Of a DNA stretch of 35,096 bases, positions 1 through 12,700 are shown piece by piece. The position numbers and the translations under genes are program-made. The stretch is from Mitosporidium daphniae (Eukaryota). The stretch is from positions 1 to 35,096 of the forward strand of contig NW_013546334.1 of the NCBI RefSeq assembly GCF_000760515.2. Reading direction: 5' to 3'. The notes beneath the pieces were generated by a model. That model was not told the DNA's origin. It ran no database searches and saw only the letters and a program-made list of their open reading frames with translations. Numbering within the stretch: position 1 is the stretch's first letter; the number at the start of each line of letters is the position of its first letter.

Positions 1-2072
1 TCGATTCAGTTTGATGTTCTAATTGCTGGATTCTGTGCTGCCAGGCGAGACTGATGGGCTCTGTAGTTTCAGGATTTAACACTTGAAGTTTTCTTTCCAA
101 CTTTTCGATTTTCCGTTCAAGCTTTGATAGTTTCTCCGAACAGGTTGTGTATTGTTGCGCGACCAAGGCCTCAACAGGGGCAGTTGTAGAAAAATTGTCT
201 TTAATGCGGACTAACTCGTCAATTGAAAGGTCTTTAAACTGCTGCAGATCGGCAACCAACAAAATCAGCGGCTTTACATCTTTTAGGCCATCATTTAAGA
301 TTGAAATCTTTTCCGATATGCTCGATGTGAGCGAAGAAAGGTCGTTATGTCCAATTTCGTAACTATGAATAGCAGAGTTTTTTAAAAGCGAGAGAGATGC
401 ACTTGAAAGGTCCAATACATCCTTGATTTCATGAGAAATTGGATCCAATATCTTATGAATAGAAGAGTCTTTTGGAATATCCTAAAATTAACAAAATGGT
501 TCATAATACCAGCGACTCCATGCCAAATCTATCATTTTCAGCTCCAAATGATTGAACAGGTCCCGATGTGGTAGGTTCTATTTCAAAAGTGTCTGGTGAC
601 ATTTTAGCAGCCAGTTTAACCCCTAATCTTTGGTTTAGTTGGCCCTCCCGTAAAGTCTCTTTGATTTCTTCCGGTATACTTTCAGGTTTCTTTGCCTCAA
701 GGGGACTCTCTGGCAAAGACGAAAGTTTTTCATTGGAATCCATGTTGTGAATCGGTAAGGTTCTTAACGGGGTATCAATCATCGGAACGGACAGACCCTC
801 TGGAAAGAGAAATGAATATCCAACAATCCAGCCAATTGAATTCAGCAAGAATAGGAATGGGTGCTTTTTGGGCTTTGCCTCCCCCACTTCATTAGAAGAA
901 TTGAAAGAAAAAGTCCAGGGGCAGCAATAACTAACAGAGATACCTGTGCAAAATGTATCATATTCGTCCTCAAGTGGGGATTGCTTCTCATTTGGAAGCA
1001 TAGGAAGAGTAGCTAAATCTTCGTCTTCACTTGGAATGGAAACAGAAATAGAATTGGTCTGCTTATTGAAATATAAGATACATAAATCAGGTGAACAGCT
1101 TGACAGTAAAATTGAAACGGCTAGCCCTTCAAGCCCATTTTCTGTCGCAATAGCAGGTATTGAGACACAATGAAAGTAAGGAGGCTGGCTTTCTGGAATA
1201 TCCAGAGAAAATGTGGGATCCTCAAAGGGTTTGATGCTATTTTCATTGGTATCAATGACAATCAGCGATCTTTTCTTCGCAACCGTCTCAATGCAAGCAA
1301 GAAAATGGCAAGAAGAAAATTTTTCAATTACTTGGAAATATGTTAGCTCAGATGCAAAGGAAGAAAGCTTGGAAACACCCGTAAAGGTTTTCTCCTCAAT
1401 GTCATATGAAACAAGTGCATTGTCATTGGGAGAAAAGATTAGCATTTTGTTGTCATCCTCAACATACCATCCATCTATAATTTTGGATGTCATTTTGTGC
1501 TCAAAAGGTATCGAAATAAGCTCAAGAGTATTGGATTGCTCAAGAAACGACAACATATCAATAGAATGGTCCTCGTAAGAAACGGTGGCAATGCTATTGC
1601 AGAGCGAACTTGAAAAGACGCGGAGCTGTTTAATATTTTTGGCCAAACATAGCGTTGCTACACTTTCAGGGTGGCCGGTGTTGGGATCTTTTATAGCATA
1701 CAAAACAATTTCAGTTCGGCCTGCAACCAATAAAAAGCTCCCGCACTTCCGGTAAACAACATCAATGTATCGAATATCGTCCATTTGGGTAGCTATGGCG
1801 TTAGAAGCGACCTCTGAATCTGACATGGCATTTTTTGAGAAAAGACTATACACGGTGGAGCATGGGAGCCAGCGGACCGTTGTGTTGTCTTGACCCTTGA
1901 AGAAAAGAAGATTATTGATGCGATCAACGGCCAGAAAGTTGCAAAAAGCCCTTAAAGCAGCCAATGTGGTAGCACCTACCAGCCTGGGAGGGGATGGAAT
2001 GGCCGGCTGCCGAAATTTGAATGCCTAAACATAACAAAGATGAACACTTGCCCATTCAAACTCGATTGCCAT
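1..2072 (-). CDS. NUP159: Nucleoporin Nup159/Nup214-like (N-terminal beta-propeller then coiled coil); 3' end runs off the window
   Basis: ATG at 2072. Introns 2051-2025 (27 nt, GC-AG) and 509-482 (28 nt) give a continuous frame MAIEFEW/AFKFRQ... Segments 'PPYFHCVSIPAI..ILLSSCSPDLCIL' and 'LATLPM..EDEYDTFCTGISVSY..HPFLFLLNSIGWIVGY' resemble the end of the Nup214/Nup159 propeller. The last exon (481-1) is open and heptad-like (SEKLSKLERKIEKLERKLQ). Confidence 0.65.
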
Positions 2073-2121
2073 AAAAAAGTTAAAATTACAAACTTTTTTC
2101 ACTTGCTTTGCTCGTCTGCCT

Positions 2122-3016
2122 ATGTCATCAGCTTTGCAGTGCACTGCTCCCTCCCCTTCACCCCCCAATCCACCTTCAAACCAGTCGATGGAGAGATTAA
2201 GGATTTGCATACGGAGATTACCGTCTTCGCTTTCGCACGACGATTTTCTGGCATTCTTGAATCAGACCCTTGATAAGGAGGCCAGTGCAATCCTGAACAC
2301 CACAGCGATTTCCTATGGCGTTGGAACGCCAAGTAAATCCAAAACTTCAGCTGCCTCTTTTTCATCTGCGGTATTTCTTTCTTTCCAATCTTCGGGCCAT
2401 CTAAATCGATTCTATTCTCTTGTAAATGGCAAGGCCATAAATAAGGAGGGATGTATCCCCATCATCGAATATGCGCCTATTCAGACCTTTCCTCTGATGC
2501 CACCTTCATTGAAGGTGAAGAATGACATCTTGGAGGGCACAGTTGAAGAAGGTATTTTTTATTGTTGTTATGATCCTTGGTGTAGACGAGTATTTCCTTG
2601 CTTTTGTTGAAGAGCTTACTCAGAAGCTCCCACCTGGCAAAGACACCGCCTCAATGAGGGCCGAAAAGATGGGCCCAGAAATTTTCCAAAGACCAAGGTC
2701 AACGCAAAAGGCATTTAAATTGGATTTGTCGCGTGAAAGCTCGAGCAACGATCCCTCAAAACATGTGGTGCTTCGACGACAGCAGACGGCCACGATCAAT
2801 GGTGGGCCGATTGCACCCAATGTTGCTTTGCCCAACCCAGAATACACAAAAGCGCCAGAACAAGATGACATTGTTGTGCGGGCCCAGCAAATGGCTGAAG
2901 AGGCCAAACTAAAATATTCAGAAGCCTCGACAAATGTTCCCGGCCAGAAGAAGAAATCGGTCTCTCGAAAGCCTGCGCATGCAAATCTGCAAACCCCGGT
3001 ACGGAAAAAAACCTAA
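2122..3016 (+). CDS. UPF3: Nonsense-mediated decay factor Upf3 (Smg4/UPF3 RRM-like domain)
   Basis: Motifs 'LRICIRRLPSSLSHDDFL', 'IIEYAPIQTFP' and, after removing intron 2552-2585 (34 nt GT-AG), 'LEGTVEEDEYFLAFVEEL' match Upf3. Confidence 0.8.
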
Positions 3017-3161
3017 ACACGCATTGATTTTACCACAGCACGATCATTGTCTTTTCTTCGACTCGTTGGCGATAAATTGAGCCGGCAACCGTTCTGCACT
3101 AATAAAGTCGATGCCTCAGATTCAAATTAAAATTTAAGTGCAAATTTTCTATTTTTTAAAT

Positions 3162-4840
3162 ATGCTAAGCGCATTATGTTGGGTCAATAGAGAGTGTGTT
3201 CGACCTGTGCCTGTGCGCCTCAAAATCACCGAAGAAGAGGCCAAAAAAATTATTGATGACCATGCCCACTTTGTTTCTCCCAGCTCCGTTGATTTTGTTA
3301 GGCATTCTGTTTCTTCATCTGATGATTGCTCAAATTCCGAATCTGAAGCCTGCATTTTAGATAGCATGGAAATGGCCTCCACTAAGGAGCATATTGACAT
3401 CGACGGCGAAATCGATACGGAAGAATCGATTATTAAAAAATACAACCTGAAGGATTACCCAGAAAGCTCGATGAGCCTTCTCTCTGCAGAAGACGAAAAT
3501 GTGTCCCCAACAAAGGCAGACTTTGAAAGGATATTTGCTGACATGAACACGCTTTCTCTTCTTTCGCCCAGGGACGATCCATACTTGCTTAAATCTTCCA
3601 AAAGCGCCAACCAGGATACCTCTGGGGCCGATGATTTCGATGATTATTTTGACGAGGAAGAGGATATGGATGATCTCACTATTCGCCCGACGGATTATCT
3701 TCTAGTCACCGCCAGAGTGCCCGAGGATGATGATATTGCACAGCTGGAGTTTTATGTCTATGAGGAGTCCGAAGATAATCTGTATGTCCACCATGACATT
3801 ATGCTTCCCACATTCCCGTTATGTCTGGAATGGGCTGATTATGCTACCGGCAGAGACTCCAGTCACGGTATGCATTTTTTAATTAACCGCCATGAAAGGT
3901 AATCTTGTTGCGGTTGGCTCTTTTGACCCGACCATTGAAATCTGGGATCTGGATATAATTGATCCTGTCTATCCCTATGTGATGTTGGGAAGTTCTGGCG
4001 ATAAAGGACCTCATAAAGAGGGATCAAAAAAACTATCCACTAAAAAGAAGGCTTTGGTTGATCCTTGGTTCCATACGGGCTCAATCATGAGCATCAGTTG
4101 GAATGCCATAACGAGGTTTGCATTTGCATCGTGACATGTTAGGAACTTGATAGCAAGTGCATCCAGCGACACCACCATCAAACTGTGGGATATCAATGGC
4201 CCGGAAAAGGCGATTCGATCTTTCAACCACCATTCTGATAAGGTTCTTATTTTTGCATAACTTCCAGGTATCTTGCGCATCGTTTTCGCCATTTGATGCC
4301 CCAATTATAGCAAGCACGTCATTTGATAAGAGCGTAAAAATCGTTGACATGCGGGATCCTTCCTCTTCTTTATCAATTGCTTTGCAAAGCGATGGCGAGG
4401 TGGTCAAATGGAACCCATTTGATGCGAATTTATTGGCTGTGGCTGATGAGAATGGAACGGTATATCTGATTGATCGAAGATCTACAGAGCCGCTTAGCAC
4501 GGTTGAGGCCCATTCCAAACCGATATCGTCGATTGATTATCATCCGCTGATACCAGGCCTTTTACTGACAAGCTCCTTTGATAAGCATTTGAAGATCTGG
4601 GACACCCTTGTTGCCTCGACTTTGATTTTCGACCGGAAACTCGGTGCCGGAAACCTGTTGACCGGATCTTTTTGTAAAAACAGCCCGTTTTTGGTGGCTT
4701 ACACTGGAACAGATTCTCAGGATCCTCATGTTTTAAATCTGAGCAACAGAAAGTCTTACAGATCAGACGTGCAATTTGAAAGCATGCAAGACTTGTTTGA
4801 AACGAGACTGCAGTCTATTCGAACGGCAAGCGCCACTTAA
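3162..4840 (+). CDS. PWP1: Periodic tryptophan protein 1 (WD40, rRNA processing)
   Basis: MLSALCWV start, 'KYNLKDY', 'YVYEESEDNLYVHHDIMLPTFPLCLEW', 'GNLVAVGSFDPTIEIWDLD' and WD repeats. Introns 3868-3898, 4116-4142 and 4243-4267 restore the frame. Confidence 0.93.
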
Positions 4841-4897
4841 TTAATTAATTTAAATATTCATGAACCTGTAAATTTTACTCGCCTAATCAATCATACG

Positions 4898-5779
4898 ATG
4901 ATTAACTCTGGTGAGCTGGAGCAAGCAATCCATAGAGACATTGGAAAGAGGGGACTCGAAACCTTGTTTCCAATCGTTTGCGGGTCTTTACAGAGAAGCG
5001 CTAGCTTGATTCAACGTTGTAATTCGATTGCCATTTTGACCGGATTTAACATACCACCCCAAGAAACAGATGGTCCTCCGGGGGCAATTGCCCTGGCAAG
5101 GGCTCTTTCTTTTCTTGGTAAAAGGGCGATTTTCGTAGCTGATGACTACTGTCATGATGTGTTGGCAGCTGGAATAAAAGCCTCTGATCAATGCTATTTA
5201 AACTCGGCATCCTTTCCCATTGAAGTTTTCCACAAAGAAGTCAACGATCCTGAAAAAGCCCGCATGAAAAGCGAAGCCCTGTGCAGAAAATACAATGTCG
5301 ATTGTATGATTTCAATAGAACACGTGGGTCCCTCTTATTCTGATGGGCGATTATATAGAATGAACGGACTTGACACAACAGCAAATGAAGGTTATTCTTA
5401 TGTTTTCTTCGAGACACTTGACAAGATCAATATCCCGAAAGTGGCCATAGCAGACGGTGGGAATGAGCTTGGATGTGCCAAGATTCTGGACTCCCTTCTT
5501 GATAGCTCAATATGCAAGATTCCGAATATTGATAAAATAGCATGTAGAACCTCGTGTGACGAGCTGATCCTTGCAGGTGTTTCCAATTGGGGAGGATATG
5601 CCCTTTCATTACTTATATCGCAAACAAAAGAGATCCTCTGCGTCGACGCAGAGCGAAGCATCCTAAAAGCAATCGTTGATGCAGGCGCGGTTGATCCAAG
5701 AAATGGCTCTGCAATGTTTGTTGATGGATTGGCTTTTGATCCAATCCATGCAGATGTGATCGCTGCACTTTTGAAATGA
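4898..5779 (+). CDS. D-glutamate cyclase-like protein, DUF4392 domain only
   Basis: Intronless 293 aa ORF with 'ILTGF..ETDGPPGAIALARAL', 'IADGGNELG', 'LILAGVSNWGGYAL' and 'GAVD..VDGL', characteristic of DUF4392 / the DGLUCY C-terminal domain. Confidence 0.85.
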   Translation: MINSGELEQAIHRDIGKRGLETLFPIVCGSLQRSASLIQRCNSIAILTGFNIPPQETDGPPGAIALARALSFLGKRAIFVADDYCHDVLAAGIKASDQCYLNSASFPIEVFHKEVNDPEKARMKSEALCRKYNVDCMISIEHVGPSYSDGRLYRMNGLDTTANEGYSYVFFETLDKINIPKVAIADGGNELGCAKILDSLLDSSICKIPNIDKIACRTSCDELILAGVSNWGGYALSLLISQTKEILCVDAERSILKAIVDAGAVDPRNGSAMFVDGLAFDPIHADVIAALLK

Positions 5780-5889
5780 AGTTACAGAATTAAAAATCGG
5801 AATTGCAAAGTAAAATCAAATGGAATAAATAAATAAAATCAATAAAATTAAATAAATAAAAATTGGGCTTTATTAAAATTCGGTCCACA

Positions 5890-7044
5890 ATGAAATTCTC
5901 TTCAAGGCTGTATATAATGATGTTTCCCATCTATGATAGCTGGATATCTCCGCTATTAAAAGACGATACAACAAGAGGTTTATTTTGGTTCGCCTGCATA
6001 AACATGGTATTTACCTTTTTTGAGGTGGTTACCGGCTGGTCTTGTGGCTCGTTATCGCTACTAGGTGATGGCCTTCATATGTTGCTGGATGCAGTTGTTC
6101 TGTTTGCAAATTTATTTGTCGTGATTTTATCGAAATGGCCACCAACGGTGGTGTTTCCATTTGGCTTTTCAAGGACCGAGACAGTCGCCGGGTTTGTTAA
6201 TGCCCTTATCCTTATTTTCATTTCCTTTTCTGTCGCGGTGGAGGCGCTAAATAGATTCAGCAAGCCACCTGTGATCCAAACGACCACAGTAATGATTGTC
6301 TCTTTTCTTGGGCTTGTGGTAAACCTTATCGGATTGTATGCTTTCAACAATTCGCCTTTGATGCATCACCATCATCATCAGGCTCGCCCTCGCCCTCAGC
6401 TTCGTGACCACAATGATAATCTTCATGCTTGCAGCCAACCAGAAAATGGGCATTTTCATAACCATATTTCGGCCCTTTCCAATTCCTCCCTTGCTGTGCG
6501 ATGTAAACCAGCGCTATTTTCTGCAGACAAAAAACGGAAATCGCAAGATTTGGAGTCTGGAAAAACATCCAATGCACACACGCTCTCTTATAACATGATA
6601 TTCCAAGGAATGTTTCTGCATGTGCTTGCCGATACTTTGGGATCTATCGTGGTTCTTTTGTCTACTTGGCTAATTAAGAACACCGGCTACTATTGGATCG
6701 ACCCGATCTCATCATTTATTCTTTCCATCTTGATTATCGTTGCCACATGGCCTCTTTTAAAGTCTTCGTTTTACATTTTGATGCAGGCCTCTCAATTCCC
6801 GTCTTCGGAAGCAAAGCACAAAATTCTTGCTGACATAAGTTCGCATGCAGAGGTATCATCGGTGTATTCTTTAAAAATTTGGCAGCTCAAAGAAAACCAA
6901 TACATTGCCTCAGTGGCCCTCACACTTTCCGAGTTTTCTATAGACGCATACTCACGGATTCACGAAAAGATAAAACAATGTCTCAAGGAATATGAAATCG
7001 ACCAGTTTACCATTGAGCTTGGGAATCATCAAATCAAATCTTGA
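5890..7044 (+). CDS. Cation diffusion facilitator zinc transporter (ZnT5/ZnT7/Msc2-like)
   Basis: 'SLSLLGDGLHMLLD', 'FPFGFSRTETVAGFVN', a His-rich loop, and 'GMFLHVLADTLGS'. The start could be 5890 or 5917. Confidence 0.9.
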   Translation: MKFSSRLYIMMFPIYDSWISPLLKDDTTRGLFWFACINMVFTFFEVVTGWSCGSLSLLGDGLHMLLDAVVLFANLFVVILSKWPPTVVFPFGFSRTETVAGFVNALILIFISFSVAVEALNRFSKPPVIQTTTVMIVSFLGLVVNLIGLYAFNNSPLMHHHHHQARPRPQLRDHNDNLHACSQPENGHFHNHISALSNSSLAVRCKPALFSADKKRKSQDLESGKTSNAHTLSYNMIFQGMFLHVLADTLGSIVVLLSTWLIKNTGYYWIDPISSFILSILIIVATWPLLKSSFYILMQASQFPSSEAKHKILADISSHAEVSSVYSLKIWQLKENQYIASVALTLSEFSIDAYSRIHEKIKQCLKEYEIDQFTIELGNHQIKS

Positions 7045-7096
7045 CCAAAAACCAGGGTATGTATGTAAAGGAAATAAACATCCTGTAATGTCGTGG

Positions 7097-9677
<2,581 letters not shown>

Positions 9678-9706
9678 TGTGATTGCTTAATAAAATAGTT
9701 TTATTT

Positions 9707-12700
9707 TTAATTAATTTTTGAAATCAATAGAGAAAGATAGGACGCGTCCGTTGATTTTGACGATTCAGGCAAGTTGCGGCTTGTAATGATGTTGGACTTG
9801 AATTTTTTAAACATGTCCTCCTTTTGCAAAAGGGTTTCGAAATAGACGCTTTTTGAGGCTTCAGCACGACGCTCCTTTGACGAGGCTGTGCCACCTGCGT
9901 CTGATGAGTCGGAGTGGTCGATGTCCTGCAACCAGACATAGGCTTCCTTATCTTCCGGGGCCAAAGTAATATCAGCGGGCGAGAAAACAAATCTTGGCCC
10001 AGCCTTAACAAGGTCATCATTTTCCTCCTCATCATCACCATTTAACAGTAGTTTGGTGTAGAATACGATTGGTTCGTTATGCCCTTCCCTAATAGCAAGG
10101 TCAAAATGAGTGGTCGGGATATCCTTGATTGGTGACTCTGTCGCGGAGTCGGTTGAGGCGATCGATTGACGCTGCGATTTTCCGAGAATAGATCCTTGGC
10201 CTCGTGCTTTGACATAGAACTCTTTAGCTTGATCGGAAACGTTCTTGCCAAAGACAAGTCCCTTGAGTTGGATGTTGACTTTGGAAATCACTGGATTATC
10301 AGCAAAAGCCACTTGGTTAGTGGTGGCCGGTGCATCTGAACTGTGCTTCCCATGCCGCGAAAATAGACCAAGGCCTTTTTTAGCCAAGAATTTTCCCCCA
10401 GCCATAGGGGCAAACGCAACGGTAGCAGTGGCGCCCACAAAAACGCTTCCGACACCCTTGAAGAACCCTTTGGTGGATGTCATCAGGCCACCAGAGGAAT
10501 CAAGATGCTCTGTTAGCCCTTTAAACTCGGCAGCATTTTCAACAAACGCCACGTGAAGGAATATTGTGCCAGAGGTTGTATCGCCCAGGGTTGCCGTAAA
10601 ATCAGCAAGCATTGAATCTGAAACAGCGTCGGGAGCAATGTCACGATAAATTGCCTGTGCATTTCCCGATGGCTGATTCTTCTTGAACGTGCTCTCAAAA
10701 ATCATTTGTAACAATGGCATAGAAATGGTGCCAAGATGAACAATCGAATCAACTCGATTCCAATCGAAAACTTCAAAGCCAAGGATGGAATATCTTAATG
10801 ACCGAACTGGAAGGACAAATCGTTCGTTCCATTCTGGATTTAGGCTCTTTTTTATCACTGAAGTCTTTCCCAACTCGATGCCATTGAGCTTGATAAGCGA
10901 GAATGGATCGGAGGTTCCCCCGGAATCGACGGCTTTAAGATTGGCAGCCGATTGTATTCTCAACACAATATAGCCGGGAACCTCTTCTGAAGATACGAAG
11001 GACAAAAGCTCATTGAGTAGTTCGGTGGTACTTGCATTTTTGCAATAGTCGATATCCAAAGGCCTATAGTTAATTTCCAAACAAATTCCAGGCACCGAAG
11101 ATGAGGGGTCGAAAAAGTTGGGATCAAAGGTCGAAAAAGGCCAAACTTCACCGATTTCCGTTGTGACGCCTGCAGAGTTATCTTTCTTTGCGGGGGCAGC
11201 AGAATTTTGCTTGGAAATGATATCGACAATAGGTATGCGAACACTGCCAAGATCTGGTCGACTTGTGTATTTTTTGGCCTTCTTGGACACGCAATTGAGA
11301 GACAAAGAAAGCGCAGAGTTTTGAGAGTCAACAACAATCCATTCAAAGGACTCTTTCCATTCAAGCTGCTTAGATGATGATGAAAGCTTTTTGGCTCCCG
11401 AAGAAATAAGCTCCTCAATGACACTTTCGGATGCTGCACTGCCACCAACGAGTTTCATTACGTTAACAAGAGTAGATGGTCTGATCGGATCTCCAGAATC
11501 AACAAATCCGGAGGTTCTCAATATTTTGACCCGCAAAATTCCAACAGAATGAGTCGGCATGATCGGTAACTCTGGGCGAAGCACGGGCCAGTAGGCCAAT
11601 TCAATACGAAGTCGACAGTAGTCTGCGGATTCCAGCGTCTTCAAAGTGAGCCAATGGTTTAAATACACAGCTGGATCGTTCATAACGTCTTCAATTTTCA
11701 GGCTACAAGACGCCAAAAGCAGGTCACCGCTCTTTGAACCACCGTCACTTCTTCCCTTTGCAGCGGATAAAAAGGCTTTTGATCCGGATTCAAAAAGCTC
11801 AAATGTGAAGGTGCCATCCATGTTCTTTATAAAGGCCCACGCACCATCTAGCCAAATCAGCCGAGGTGGTGCTCCACCGGTGTCACTTAGTGAAATGGAT
11901 CGGGTTGAAATAAGAGGCTCTGTGCCCCCAGAAGAGCCCTTGGGGCCTCCAAGGAATGCCTTAACGTAAAAGTTGCTTCCAATGCTGTTGGCCGCTGAAA
12001 ATCCATCTGCTTCAAGAACAGTCAAATGTGCAAGTCCAACGGAAGGAGTACGAGAAAGCGATCCAGATTCGCCACCAACCGCCTCCAATTCCAACGATTC
12101 TGCATCTTCAAGAGACGTTATCGGATCCCAGGTATAGGTAATTCGGACCTTTCCACTGGAACTTTTGTTAAGCTGGAACCAGTCATCATCGAGCGTAGTA
12201 TCTGTTTGAAGAAGAGTATCGGAAAGAGGAAGGACAAGTTCACCAACCAAGGAGGGGCCAGAAAAGTCGCGTTCTTCTCTGATTTGGATCCACAAAGAAG
12301 ACAAAGAGGCGTCTTTAACGAAGGTTTTAATTTTCTGAGACCAGATTGGCGAGTTGGTCTTCTTTTTTGTGCGAGTACGAAAATAGGCTGAAGACGGAAT
12401 ATTGGCAAATGAATCCAACTTCAGCTTGCTACTGTGATCCTCAGAAGTTTCAAACAAATGCGATGGAACAATTGCGCCCTCGGCATACAAATTCATTGCC
12501 TTTGCGTGGGTAGATTTTTTTGGTGTCAACTCGATGGCCTGATGAAATGCAATATCAATGATTCCTGCGCCCTCGGTGTGCTCAACAAGATCTTTTTCCT
12601 CTGGAGAGATCCAGCTAACAGTAGGAAAGAAAGCTACCGAATACTTGAGCTCTCCCTTTACCAATGACGGTTTATCAGGAGCAAGGGAAAAATAGGGTGC

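Noticed and set aside
6361..6470. His-rich CAT/CAC repeat
   Set aside because: This is the normal metal-binding loop of CDF zinc transporters.
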